Positions 38,497 to 48,574 of a stretch of DNA of 64,000 bases are shown piece by piece. The stretch is taken from assembly GCA_023701205.1 (NCBI GenBank), contig JAMPXJ010000021.1:10054-74053 (forward strand), given 5' to 3'. A program made the translations under genes and the position numbers. The notes beneath the pieces are model-generated. The model worked only from the letters and a program-made list of their open reading frames with translations. It was not told the origin of the DNA and made no database searches. This DNA is from Oligoflexia bacterium. Its GTDB lineage: Bacteria; Bdellovibrionota; UBA1018. Numbering within the stretch: position 1 is the first letter of the stretch; the number at the start of each line of letters is the position of its first letter.

Positions 38497-39855
38497 TTGC
38501 GGGAAAAATCGATAGGCGCAAACTGGGACGTTCTCCTCGGCATCGCGATGGTCTTGCTTTCGCTGCCGGGGTTCCGTCTCGTGAATGACTCCGAGCTCTG
38601 GAGCCGGATCTCCCGCCCGCAGTCGGTCCGTCCCGCGGGCCTGCTGAGCAAGAAGCAGGGAGGCGTCCGGCACCGTTTTTACGGGACGATGGCCTGGCAT
38701 GATCTTTGGTCTGACAGCGAAACGGTCTATCCCGGGGATGCCGTTCATACCGCTCGGGATGGACGGGCCGAGCTGGATTTGCTTCACTCCCGCGTGCGGG
38801 CGTCGGTCGAACCCAATAGCCTCGTGCTGATCCAGGCGCCTCCCGAGGAGCTGCCGCGCGGATCCCTGCTGCAGCGGTTTTTGCGGCCTTTTGTCGCCCC
38901 GGAGCGCCGGGCGTTGTCATTTGAGCTGCAAAAGGGGGAGTTGGGGCTGAGTCTCCGCGACGCTTCGGACCCGGTCGAGGTGAGTCTCGGGGGAAAGCGC
39001 CTGCGCGTGCTGCCGCGGTCCGCCTCGGGGCGGGTGACCCTCGCGCTGGACTCCGGAAAACCCGGAATGCTCAAGATGGAGACGGAGGAATTCGCCCCGA
39101 TGTCCCTGGCATGGGTGGAGGAAACCGGGCTGAGGCCGGTTGAGCTGAAGGCGGGACAGCCCCTGTTGGCGAAGATCGCCGCGCCAGAGAGCTTTCCGAG
39201 CCCGGCCGGCGTTCGGTCGCGACCGCCGTCGAAGCCGCGTTCGCAGCCGCGAATCGAGCGCCGGGCGCGTGTTCAGGCCGGCGCGCCGGAGCTCCGCGCT
39301 TATCCGGAGATGAGCGAGACGGAACCGGGAAGGCTACGGACGTTGCTCTGGTGGAACGAGCTCAAAGGCGCCGTCGGCTATGATGTCGTAATCCTCGCAA
39401 AGGATGGGGCCCTCCGCCAACGGGCACGGGTTCAGGCACCGCCGTTCGAAGTGCCGGAGGCGATGCTCCGGCAGGAGGTGCTGGAGTTCGAGGTTACGGC
39501 GATGCTTTCCGGGGGCGCCCCTCCCGTCACCAGCCCGCGCGTGCCGATCGATCGGCTTTACCACTTTCCGTTGCCCTACCAGCCGAGCGACGGCGGGCAG
39601 GTCTCGGGGAAGATCCTGGAGGATGGTCTGGGGATCATCCTCTCCTGGCGACTGATGGCCCTTACCGAGAGTTATTCTATCGAGGTTGCGAGCGATAGCG
39701 AGTTCAAGGAGATTCTCGTGGAAGAAACAGTGATTTCCAATTTCTACTCCTTCAAGCCGCCTGAACCTTCCGGACGCTACTACTGGCGGCTTCGCAGAAG
39801 CGGGCAGGGGCGCCGAAGCGAATGGAGTCCAGGGGCCGCGTTCGAGATTCGTTGA
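38497..39855 (+). CDS. Membrane-anchored FecR-like N-domain plus FN3/Ig-like domain protein
   Basis: GDAVHT..GRAEL..VEPNSLVLI (FecR-like); YSIEVASDSEF, GRYYWRL (FN3-like). Confidence 0.65.
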   Translation: MREKSIGANWDVLLGIAMVLLSLPGFRLVNDSELWSRISRPQSVRPAGLLSKKQGGVRHRFYGTMAWHDLWSDSETVYPGDAVHTARDGRAELDLLHSRVRASVEPNSLVLIQAPPEELPRGSLLQRFLRPFVAPERRALSFELQKGELGLSLRDASDPVEVSLGGKRLRVLPRSASGRVTLALDSGKPGMLKMETEEFAPMSLAWVEETGLRPVELKAGQPLLAKIAAPESFPSPAGVRSRPPSKPRSQPRIERRARVQAGAPELRAYPEMSETEPGRLRTLLWWNELKGAVGYDVVILAKDGALRQRARVQAPPFEVPEAMLRQEVLEFEVTAMLSGGAPPVTSPRVPIDRLYHFPLPYQPSDGGQVSGKILEDGLGIILSWRLMALTESYSIEVASDSEFKEILVEETVISNFYSFKPPEPSGRYYWRLRRSGQGRRSEWSPGAAFEIR

Positions 39856-39937
39856 GCCCGGCCGGCACGCGGAAGCGGAGCCGTGCATGAGGATGGTGAA
39901 AAAAACTCCGCCGCCGCCTGAGCGCGCGTCGGGTCGC

Positions 39938-40708
39938 TCAATCCACCTTCAAGCCGAAGCTCCTGAAGATCTCGGTCGCGCGCGCCACCTGCTCGGGCGC
40001 GGCCTCGGGCGTCGCGCGGAGCCTATATTCGATGCCCAGCCGATCCCACTTCGCCTCGCCCAGCTTGTGAAAGGGGAGGATTTGCACTTTTTCCACGTTG
40101 GCCAGTTCGCTCGAAATGAAGCGCGCGATGCCTGCGACATTTTCGGGATCGTCCGTGAGGCCGGGCACCAGGACGAAGCGGATCCACACCGGCTTGCCGA
40201 TGGAAGAGAGGAGGCGCGCGGTGGCGAGCGTGGGCTCGATCGATACGGCAGTCACCCGGCGATAGATCAGCGGGTCGGAGGACTTCAGATCGAGCAGCAC
40301 GAGATCGCAAAGCTCCAACACGGGGCGCGCGCGGGGCAGCGCGCAGAATCCCGAGGTATCGAGCGCCGTGTGGATGCCCTGATCCCGGCAGAGCCGGAGG
40401 ATGGCCGCGGCGAACTCGGGCTGGAGCAGAGGCTCGCCGCCGCTCAAGGTGACGCCGCCCCCGGAGGCCCGGAAATAGCGGCGATAGCGCGAAGCCTGCT
40501 CGACGATCTCTCCGGCCGAGAGATTCATCCCGGTCCTGGCCGCGCGCGCGTCGGGATTGTGGCAGTACTGGCAGGCGAGCGGGCAGCCCTGGAAGAAGAC
40601 GATGAAACGCACGCCGGGCCCGTCGACCGTCCCGAGGGATTCGAAGGAGTGCACCCAGCCGCGGACGGCGGGCTCAGGCTGCGCCGTGGAACGTGCGATG
40701 GATGACAT
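39938..40708 (-). CDS. pflA: Pyruvate formate-lyase activating enzyme (radical SAM)
   Basis: [34 protein letters not shown]. Confidence 0.96.
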   Translation of the reverse strand: MSSIARSTAQPEPAVRGWVHSFESLGTVDGPGVRFIVFFQGCPLACQYCHNPDARAARTGMNLSAGEIVEQASRYRRYFRASGGGVTLSGGEPLLQPEFAAAILRLCRDQGIHTALDTSGFCALPRARPVLELCDLVLLDLKSSDPLIYRRVTAVSIEPTLATARLLSSIGKPVWIRFVLVPGLTDDPENVAGIARFISSELANVEKVQILPFHKLGEAKWDRLGIEYRLRATPEAAPEQVARATEIFRSFGLKVD

Positions 40709-42917
40709 CGAGCTGCTGCTCCCGGGTGAGCTTCGTGAAGTTCACGGCATAGCCGGAGACGCGGACCGTGAGCTGCGGATATTCCTCCGGATGCTCCATC
40801 GCCTCGAGCAGGGTCTGCCGGTCGAGCACGTTGACATTCATATGCTGGCCTCCGTCGGCGAAATACGCGTCGAGCAGGCCCACGAGGTTGGCCACGCGAT
40901 CGGCGGCGCTTTTTCCCAGCGCTTGCGGCACGATCGAGAAGGTGTAAGAGATCCCGTCCTGCGCGTAGTTGTAGGGGAGCTTCGCGACCGAGGCCATCGA
41001 CGCCACGGCGCCTTTGCGGTCGCGCCCGTGCATGGGGTTGGCGCCCGGAGCGAAGGGCTCGCCCTGCTTGCGCCCGTCGGGCGTGCTCCCCGTCTTCTTG
41101 CCGTAGACCACGTTCGAGGTGATGGTCAGGATCGAGAGCGTCGGAACGGCTTCGCGGTAGGTTCGCTGGCGCCGGAGCTTGGACATGAAGCGCTTGACGA
41201 TCTCGACGGCGATCTGGTCCACGCGATCGTCGTTATTGCCGAATTTCGGATAATCCCCCTGCACCTCGTAGTCGCGCGCGAGGCCGGAGGCGTCGCGGAG
41301 CACGCGGACCTTGGCGTGGCGGATCGCCGAGAGCGAGTCGGCCACGACCGAGAGACCGGCGATGCCGCAGGCCAGGAAGCGCCTCACCTCCGTGTCATGA
41401 AGCGCCATCTCCAGGCGCTCGTAGCAGTACTTGTCATGCATGAAGTGGATGATGTTGAGGGTCTTAACGTAAAGCTCGGCGAGCCAGTCCATGGCGCGGT
41501 CGAACTTCTTGAGGGTTTCTTCGTAATCCAGGTACTCCGAGGTGATGGGCGCAAGCTCGGGGCCGATCTGCTCGCCGGTGAGCTCGTCGCGGCCGCCGTT
41601 GATCGCATAGAGCAGGAGCTTGGCGATGTTCGCGCGCGCGCCGAAGAACTGCATCTGCTTGCCCACCTTCATCGCCGAGACGCAGCAGGCGATCGCATAA
41701 TCGTCGCCGAAGCAGTGCCGCATCAGCTCGTCGCTCTCGTACTGGATCGACGAGGTGTCTATGGACACCCGTGCGCAGAACTCCTTGTAGGCACGCGGGA
41801 GACGCTCGGACCAGAGTACGGTGAGATTGGGCTCGGGCGCGGGTCCCAGGTTGTAAAGGGTCTGCAGGAAACGGAAGCTCGTCTTGGTCACCAGCGGGCG
41901 CCCGTCCTCGCCGATGCCGCCGATCGCCTCGGTGACCCACGTCGGGTCGCCCGAGAAGAGCTCGTTGTACTCGGGGATCCTCAGAAACCGGATCATCCGG
42001 AGCTTCATCACGAAATGATCAATGAGCTCCTGGACCTCCGCTTCGGTGAGCGCGCCCTGGGCCAGGTCACGCTCGAAGTAGGCGTCAAAAAAAGTCGAGA
42101 TCCGGCCGATGGACATCGCCGCGCCGTTTTGCTCCTTGGCCGCGGCGAGATAGGCAAAGTAGGTCCACTGCACTGCTTCCCGGCCGTTTCTCGCCGGGTG
42201 GCTCAGATCGAAGCCGTAACCGCGCGCCATGGCCTTGAGCTCCTTGAGCGCGTCGATCTGCTCGGAAAGCTCCTCGCGCAGAAGGATCATCGCATCATCC
42301 ATCGCGGGGATATCGAGTGCCGCCCGATCCCGGGACTTCGCTTCAATGAGCCGATCCACGCCGTACAGCGCCACTCTGCGGTAATCGCCGATGATGCGCC
42401 CGCGGCCATAGGCGTCGGGAAGACCTGTGATGATGCCGGACTTCCGGGCTCTGAGCATGTCCGGCGTGTAGGCGTGAAAAACTCCCGCATTATGCGTCTT
42501 GCGATGGCGGGTGAAGATCTCCTCGGCCGTTTCGTCGAGCGAGTAGCCATAGGCTTCGAGCGCGGTTTTCGCCAGTCGGATACCTCCGTACGCGATGATC
42601 GCCCGCTTGAGCGGTTTCTCCGTCTGCAGTCCCACGATCTGTTCGAGGTCGCGATCGATGTAGCCTGGCGGGTGAGTGTTGATCCCCGAGATGATCCGGG
42701 TGTCCGCGTCGAGCACGCCGCGGCGACTTTCCTCTTTCAAGAGTTCTGATACCCGGTCCCAGAGCTTCCGGGTCCGTTCCGTCGGGCCGCTCAGGAATTC
42801 GGCGTTTCCCAGGTAAGGCGTCGCGTTGTTCTGGATGAAGTCGCGGACATTGATCTCCGAGCTCCAGCGGCCGGGCTGGAACTCAAACGAGCGAACTGCG
42901 CGCAATGGTGCACCCAT
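40674..42917 (-). CDS. pflB: Formate C-acetyltransferase (pyruvate formate-lyase); start uncertain
   Basis: [31 protein letters not shown] catalytic cysteines, glycyl-radical motif RVSGYAV. Confidence 0.97.
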   Translation of the reverse strand: MGAPLRAVRSFEFQPGRWSSEINVRDFIQNNATPYLGNAEFLSGPTERTRKLWDRVSELLKEESRRGVLDADTRIISGINTHPPGYIDRDLEQIVGLQTEKPLKRAIIAYGGIRLAKTALEAYGYSLDETAEEIFTRHRKTHNAGVFHAYTPDMLRARKSGIITGLPDAYGRGRIIGDYRRVALYGVDRLIEAKSRDRAALDIPAMDDAMILLREELSEQIDALKELKAMARGYGFDLSHPARNGREAVQWTYFAYLAAAKEQNGAAMSIGRISTFFDAYFERDLAQGALTEAEVQELIDHFVMKLRMIRFLRIPEYNELFSGDPTWVTEAIGGIGEDGRPLVTKTSFRFLQTLYNLGPAPEPNLTVLWSERLPRAYKEFCARVSIDTSSIQYESDELMRHCFGDDYAIACCVSAMKVGKQMQFFGARANIAKLLLYAINGGRDELTGEQIGPELAPITSEYLDYEETLKKFDRAMDWLAELYVKTLNIIHFMHDKYCYERLEMALHDTEVRRFLACGIAGLSVVADSLSAIRHAKVRVLRDASGLARDYEVQGDYPKFGNNDDRVDQIAVEIVKRFMSKLRRQRTYREAVPTLSILTITSNVVYGKKTGSTPDGRKQGEPFAPGANPMHGRDRKGAVASMASVAKLPYNYAQDGISYTFSIVPQALGKSAADRVANLVGLLDAYFADGGQHMNVNVLDRQTLLEAMEHPEEYPQLTVRVSGYAVNFTKLTREQQLDVIHRTFHGAA

Positions 42918-43005
42918 CCGCGCAAGCAATGCATTCGCGCTGCCATAATCACCGCCCGGGCATGGCTGATGAAGCGAATTTTGAGGCAGGGAATGGAGGC
43001 GGGAA

Positions 43006-43740
43006 ATGCGCACGGAATTGCACGGGAACGGTTCCAGAAGCAGACTGGTGGGCAGGCATCCGGAAGGCCACAAGGCCGGACGCATCGGCTGGCTGCGCGC
43101 GGCCGTGCTAGGCGCGAACGACGGGATCGTCTCCACGGCAAGCCTGATCGTAGGCGTCGCGGCGGCGAACGCCCCGTTTGCGGATATTCTCCTGAGCGGG
43201 ACGGCCGGGCTGGTGGCAGGCGCGATGTCGATGGCCGCCGGCGAATACGTCTCCGTCAGCTCGCAGGCCGATATTGAGCGCTCGGATCTCGCGCGCGAAC
43301 GGAAGGAGCTTGCCTCGAATCCGACCTACGAGACGGAGGAGCTCGCGCAGATCTATGTCAGTCGCGGACTCGAGCCTGGGCTGGCCCGCCGGGTGGCCGA
43401 GCAGCTCATGTCCCATGATGCCTTGGGAAGCCATGCCCGCGATGAGCTTGGAATCACCGAGACCGGCGCCGCGCGCCCGTTGCAGGCGGCGCTGGCCTCG
43501 GCCGCTACGTTCTCGGCAGGCGCGGCGCTTCCGCTGGCCGTGGTGTTGCTCGTACCGCGGAGCGCGTTGATTCCGAGCGTCTCGGCGGCATCGCTGGCGT
43601 TTCTCATCGCCCTCGGGACGATCGCGGCGTGGGCCGGGGGCGCGAGCGTTTCAAAAGGCGCTTTGCGCGTGGGCTTCTGGGGCGCGTTCGCGATGGCGGC
43701 GACAGCGGCGATCGGGAGGCTGTTCGGGGTGGCGACGTGA
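43006..43740 (+). CDS. VIT1/CCC1-family Fe/Mn transporter
   Basis: [38 protein letters not shown]. Confidence 0.93.
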   Translation: MRTELHGNGSRSRLVGRHPEGHKAGRIGWLRAAVLGANDGIVSTASLIVGVAAANAPFADILLSGTAGLVAGAMSMAAGEYVSVSSQADIERSDLARERKELASNPTYETEELAQIYVSRGLEPGLARRVAEQLMSHDALGSHARDELGITETGAARPLQAALASAATFSAGAALPLAVVLLVPRSALIPSVSAASLAFLIALGTIAAWAGGASVSKGALRVGFWGAFAMAATAAIGRLFGVAT

Positions 43741-44131
43741 TGCGGGATTCCGCCCAGTCGAGCACCGGAAGAAGGCGGGGCGCGACGAGCTTTCGCGCGC
43801 CTTCGAAGCTGACCCAGCGGTACTCATGATGCTCGGGACGGCCCAGCTCCGGCGAAAACGGGAGCGTGACTTCGGGGCTCGGGCATTCGGCCAGGTAGTA
43901 GCGCGAGGTTTTCTGGGGCGTGACGGTTTCGCGATAGTCTTTGCCGAAGGAAATGGAGACGTGTTCGATCGACGCCTCTTCCTTGAGCTCCCGGAGCGCG
44001 GCTTGAAGCGGGGATTCATCCGGATCGACAAGGCCTTTCGGGAAATCCCAGTTTTGGTACGCGCGCAGGAGCAGGACCTGGCGGCCGTTGGCTGTGCGGA
44101 GGATGGGGATGATTCCGGCGGAGAGGCGCAT
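43604..44131 (-). CDS. Nudix hydrolase (Ap4A-hydrolase-like)
   Basis: WDFPKGLVDPDESPLQAALRELKEE Nudix box; PEHHEYRW; tail overlaps the VIT gene. Confidence 0.88.
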   Translation of the reverse strand: MRLSAGIIPILRTANGRQVLLLRAYQNWDFPKGLVDPDESPLQAALRELKEEASIEHVSISFGKDYRETVTPQKTSRYYLAECPSPEVTLPFSPELGRPEHHEYRWVSFEGARKLVAPRLLPVLDWAESRITSPPRTASRSPLSPPSRTRPRSPRAKRLLKRSRPRPTPRSSRGR

Positions 44132-44519
44132 GGGGGCGGAGCACTCCGATCTGCCGCGGAAGGGCAAGGCTCACGGCGATGCGGGGCTCCTTTTTGTCGG
44201 GGGTTCAAGTTTTGGGCCGGGCTTTGGTTTTTGCTCTTGCCCGCGTCATTGGGTCTGGAGGTGGGCGCCGATTTCATTTCGGCGCATCTGCGTGAGCGCG
44301 CGTGATTTGTCACTGCTGCATTGGCGTCGTCGCTGCGTACGGTGAAGACCTCGCGGCGGGTGAGGTGGTTCTGCGTGTTTCGGTGGTGGCGAATTATGCT
44401 CGATTCGGTTCTTTTTGCGGCGAGGGGGCGGGGTTGGGGAATCGGCGGGGTTCATCTCTATTGGAATAGGTCTTGACAAGGGTTGGATTTATTTTCGGGA
44501 GGTGAGTGGTCTATTTTGA

Positions 44520-45023
44520 AAGTGCCTCGAAAAACCCTGGGAAAGGTCTTGGTTTGGCTCGCATCGAGTCGATGCGCATCTTCATTCGGAATCATCATGG
44601 CGGGTCCACGAGAGCTCTCGAATCGAGTCTAAAAACCCAAGGAAGAATCCGGCAGCGAAGGAGGAGCTGGCGGCGCAAGAGAATCAGGGGACAGGGCGGC
44701 CAGCGGCAGAGCTGCAAACAACAAAGCAGTCGACTGAAACACTCAAAACACCCACGGCACCCGAGGTTCTCGACCGGCGCGAGCCTTCAAAGCCGCTGCA
44801 GCACGAGCTGATCTGGAAGCACGGATACCAATGCGCGTATATCGACGCGAGCACTCAAAAACGCTGTCAGTCAAAACACGCTTTGCAGATCGATCATCAA
44901 GGGCCCTGGTCCTTGGGCGGCAAGACAACCCTGGAAAATATCCGGCTGCTCTGCCCCGGTCATCATCGGCGCGTTTCTTTTCTGCAGTTCGGGGAAAGCG
45001 CACGATACTTCCGGCGGGAATGA
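44520..45023 (+). pseudogene. Start-less C-terminal remnant of an HNH endonuclease, absent from the ORF track
   Basis: Manual translation ...KHGYQCAYIDASTQKRCQSKHALQIDHQGPWSLGGKTTLENIRLLCPGHHRR...RRE*; no ATG/GTG/TTG between the upstream stop and the domain. Confidence 0.75.
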
Positions 45024-45165
45024 GCTTCGCGCATGGAAACGCTCGTTGTTTCGAGTAATCCACCTGGGCAAAGGCCGGAGAGTTATGCGCTAAGCGTCAT
45101 CCCGCCCGAGCCTCCCCAGCTTTGGCGTTTACAACCCAACATCGATAAGGCCAAACTGAGCTCCG

Positions 45166-46389
45166 ATGGGTTTCGCCTCTTTCCTCCTTCCGCTGCTGTA
45201 CCTGCTTGCGAGCGCCCACGCGGCGCTTCCGGTGACCCAGCCCGAGGACGTGGGCATGAGCGCCGCACGGCTTAGAGCGATCGGACCACTCATCGACAGC
45301 GCGATCGCGCGCAAGGTCTTCCCGAGTGCCGTGGTGGTCGTGGTCCGCGAGGGAAAAATCGTTTATCGCGGCGGCTTCAGGACGGCGCCGGAGACGGTTT
45401 TCGACTTGGCCTCGCTCACGAAGGTCGTGGCGACCGCGCCGGCGGTGCTGGCGCTTTTGGATTCCGGGGAGCTCGCGCTCTCGGATCGCCTTCAGGAGCT
45501 GCGTCCCGGGATCACAGGGACGGGCACCTTCGAAATCACGCTCGAGCAGCTGCTTCGTCACCGCTCCGGCTATCCCGCCGGCAATCCGATGAGCGATTAT
45601 GCGGGATCGCCTGCCGAGGTCCTTGCGCGGCTCGATCAGGTGGGGACGCGCCGCGCTCCGGGTTCGAAGTTCGTATACTCGGACGTGGGCTTTTTGCAGC
45701 TCGGCAGAGTGGTGGAGCAGCTGAGTGGCGAGCGACTCGATCGGTTCGTGAGCGCACGGATTTTCGCGCCGCTGGAGATGCGCGATACCGGTTTCCGACC
45801 CCTGAACGAGGCGCCGTCCTGCGAGCGCTGCGCACCGACATCTCCGGGCGGCGTGCCGGGCCGGGTGCATGACGGGCGGGCCTTGGCGCTGGAAGGGATT
45901 GCGGGACACGCCGGTGTCTTCTCGACCGCGGATGATCTGGCGGTCTTCGCTCAGATGATCCTCGGCTGCGGTGAGTGGAATGGCGTGCGCGTGCTCAGTC
46001 GCGCGACCGTGCGAAAGATGATGGAGCTGCGGCCGGAGCTGCCCGAAGGCGAGAAGCGCGGCCTGGGCTGGGATATCGATACGCCTTATTCGATTCCGCG
46101 CGGGGAAGTTTTCCCGGTGGGGAGCTTTGGACATACCGGCTACACCGGGACCTCGGTCTGGATCGATCCTTCGAGCGCGACGGCCGTGATCCTGCTTGCC
46201 AATCGCAGCTACTTCGAGGCACAGGGCCCAGCCGGGGGCAGTCTGCGCGAAATGGGAAAGCTGCGACGCGCCCTGGCAACACTCGTGGCGAAGGCGATCG
46301 TGGCGGAGCCTCGGCCCCGGGCTGAAGGCCTCAAAGGGTTCTGCTCGGACTTGCGCGTTCGGCGGAACTTGGATATCCGGAAAAGATGA
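45166..46389 (+). CDS. Secreted beta-lactamase-fold serine hydrolase (AmiE/YbbE-like)
   Basis: FDLASLTK (SxxK), FVYSD, GHAGVFS, FGHTGYTG. Confidence 0.9.
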   Translation: MGFASFLLPLLYLLASAHAALPVTQPEDVGMSAARLRAIGPLIDSAIARKVFPSAVVVVVREGKIVYRGGFRTAPETVFDLASLTKVVATAPAVLALLDSGELALSDRLQELRPGITGTGTFEITLEQLLRHRSGYPAGNPMSDYAGSPAEVLARLDQVGTRRAPGSKFVYSDVGFLQLGRVVEQLSGERLDRFVSARIFAPLEMRDTGFRPLNEAPSCERCAPTSPGGVPGRVHDGRALALEGIAGHAGVFSTADDLAVFAQMILGCGEWNGVRVLSRATVRKMMELRPELPEGEKRGLGWDIDTPYSIPRGEVFPVGSFGHTGYTGTSVWIDPSSATAVILLANRSYFEAQGPAGGSLREMGKLRRALATLVAKAIVAEPRPRAEGLKGFCSDLRVRRNLDIRKR

Positions 46390-47591
46390 TGCTATTCGCG
46401 AAAAGTCGGGTACTGGCGCTGGGATTCCTGGTGATGGTTTGCGAACCGTTTGCGCAAGCCGAGGCCACAGGCCCGTTTCGCAAGGTCGATCCTTCGGCGC
46501 TGCCGGAGATCGGGGTCGAAGGCGATCTGGAATCCTTCAAGACCGCGCTTCGCAGGCAATCGGCCAAATGCGCGACCCAGGATCCGGAGGCGCGCTTCCG
46601 TTTCGGGGATCGCGTGGTCACGCGCCGGAAATGGTGCACCGAGACCAGCAGCGAATTTCTGCGCCTGGCGGAGAGCGCGACGTCGTTTGCCGATTTGACA
46701 AAAGCCGCGCGCACGCGCTTCGAGTGGTACCAGTCCGAAGGCCGCGATGGCAAAGGCGACGTGATGTTCACCGGCTATCATTCGCCCGTGCTCGAGGCCG
46801 TGCTGCCGTCGGATCGAGCGTTGCTCAGCCAAGCGGAGCGGGAACAATACACGGTGCCTTTGTATGGCCGTCCGGCGGAGCTCGTGCAGGTCACCATCGA
46901 CGGACGCAAGGTCTGGAGAAAGCGCAATCCCGATGGCTCGCTGAGCTCTTTTTTCACGCGAGAGGAGATTGACCAGGGAAACGCGCTTCAGGGCCGCGGA
47001 CTGGAACTCGCGTACACACGTGACTGGTTCGATGCGTTCATCCTGCAGATGGAAGGCTCGGGCGTCCTGATGCTGCAGCGGCCGGATGGCTCGCGCGAGC
47101 GGCGATTTTTCAACTATGCCGCGCAGAACGGGCATTTTTACGTCTCCATCACGCAGTACCTTCGCGAGCAAGGCGTGCCCGAGGAGTCGCTCTCCATCCC
47201 GGGGATCCGTGCCTACTTCCAGGCGAATCCCGAGAAAATGATGCCGACTCTGAGCAAGAACCCGAGCTACGTGTTCTTTCAGTTCGGCGACAACGGTCCC
47301 TACGGCGTCGACTCCGTGCTGCTTTCGCCGCGCCACTCGGTGGCCATTGACCTGAGCATCTTTCCGCTCCAGGCGGTGATGCTTTTCCAGACGGAGCGCC
47401 CCGAAATGAACGGGGCCGAGGTCGCGGGCTGGAAGAAGTTCACCTCGCTTGCCGTGACCCAGGACACCGGTGGCGCGATCAAAGGCCCCGGCCGGGTCGA
47501 TGTGTACTGGGGCGAAGACGCTTACGCCGAGCAGGCCTCGGGCCGGATGCATCACTCGGGGTCGCTGTTCCTCGCGGTATTGCCTCCGTAA
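46386..47591 (+). CDS. mltA: MltA-family lytic transglycosylase
   Basis: FTGYHSP, LQMEGSG, YAAQNGH, NPSYVFF, QDTGGAIKGPGRVDVYWG (3D domain). Confidence 0.93.
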   Translation: MMLFAKSRVLALGFLVMVCEPFAQAEATGPFRKVDPSALPEIGVEGDLESFKTALRRQSAKCATQDPEARFRFGDRVVTRRKWCTETSSEFLRLAESATSFADLTKAARTRFEWYQSEGRDGKGDVMFTGYHSPVLEAVLPSDRALLSQAEREQYTVPLYGRPAELVQVTIDGRKVWRKRNPDGSLSSFFTREEIDQGNALQGRGLELAYTRDWFDAFILQMEGSGVLMLQRPDGSRERRFFNYAAQNGHFYVSITQYLREQGVPEESLSIPGIRAYFQANPEKMMPTLSKNPSYVFFQFGDNGPYGVDSVLLSPRHSVAIDLSIFPLQAVMLFQTERPEMNGAEVAGWKKFTSLAVTQDTGGAIKGPGRVDVYWGEDAYAEQASGRMHHSGSLFLAVLPP

Positions 47592-47608
47592 CTGCCTCCG
47601 CTACAGGC

Positions 47609-48574
47609 TCAGCGCAGGATATCAACCCGCACTCCCGAAGGCAGCTCCTCGCGCAGCTCCTGGCGCAGGCGCGCGGGCACGGAGACCGTCTGAGGATCGC
47701 CGTCGCTCACGAAGCGCTGCTCCGGATGCTCGTCGAAATACTTGAGCGCCTGCTGGAAGTAAGGATCCGAGCCGCGGATGCGGGGGATGTGCAGCGGGCG
47801 GAACTTCTTCGAGAAGGGTGAAGGCGAGGGGCCAGAGCCCACCTCGAGCAACCCGGCGTTGTGATAGCGGATGCCGCGCGACTCGCCTTTTTCGGCCCAG
47901 GTGTCGACCTTCGGATAAATTCCAAAAGGCATGGCCATGGTGCGGATCACGTAGCCTGGCACGTTGAGGCTAAGCCAGCCCTGCAGGCCGGCGATCTCGT
48001 GCTCGACCTGTTCCTGGCTGAGCTTTTTGAGCTGCGGATGATTGACCGTGTGGTTGCCAAGCTCGAAGCCCATTTCCACCATCTCCCGGAGCATGCCGCT
48101 CCAGGCGGTCGAGCGCTTGCGGTCAGGGTTGAGATAGAAGCTCCCAGCGATCCCGAACTCGGGATGGCGCTCGTGGACGGCCTGGATCATGCCCACGGCC
48201 GAATCGGGCGACCACTTTCCGTCGGCTTTCGAGAACTGGCCGCGCGCGGCGTCGTCGAAGGTCAGCACCACGGGAGTCCGGCCCGCCGGGACGTCAATCC
48301 GGCCATCGACCACATCCGCCAGGTTCACCAGCGTGTAGCCTTTCTTGGCCAGGAGCTCGAGATCCTGCAAAAAAGCCTGCGGGGTACGTGACCACTCCGC
48401 CTCGGGCTCGCGGATCTGATGATACATGAGCACCATGATCTTGCCGAGCTCGTTTGGTTCCGGACGACGAGCCTCCGGTGTTGCCTTCGCGAAGGGCGAG
48501 AGCGCCACGAGGCCGCCCATCAGAAGCCCGGTGAGGCTGAAACTCGCCAGGCGCAGGCCAAGCTTCTTTTTCAC
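47609..48574 (-). CDS. Secreted polysaccharide deacetylase (CE4/NodB)
   Basis: VLMYHQI, VLTFDDA, GNHTVNH, MPFG. Confidence 0.9.
   Translation of the reverse strand: MKKKLGLRLASFSLTGLLMGGLVALSPFAKATPEARRPEPNELGKIMVLMYHQIREPEAEWSRTPQAFLQDLELLAKKGYTLVNLADVVDGRIDVPAGRTPVVLTFDDAARGQFSKADGKWSPDSAVGMIQAVHERHPEFGIAGSFYLNPDRKRSTAWSGMLREMVEMGFELGNHTVNHPQLKKLSQEQVEHEIAGLQGWLSLNVPGYVIRTMAMPFGIYPKVDTWAEKGESRGIRYHNAGLLEVGSGPSPSPFSKKFRPLHIPRIRGSDPYFQQALKYFDEHPEQRFVSDGDPQTVSVPARLRQELREELPSGVRVDILR

Noticed and set aside
40557-42749. 730-aa plus-strand ORF (similar long ORFs lie opposite ppsA, czcA and the amidohydrolases)
   Set aside because: Antisense shadow of a conserved gene caused by GC3 bias
42918-43005. 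FNR box for pflB
   Set aside because: No TTGAT-N4-ATCAA match seen in the intergenic region
47581-47600. Direct repeat TGCCTCCG x2 at the mltA stop
   Set aside because: Too short and with no element between the copies; probably a local duplication
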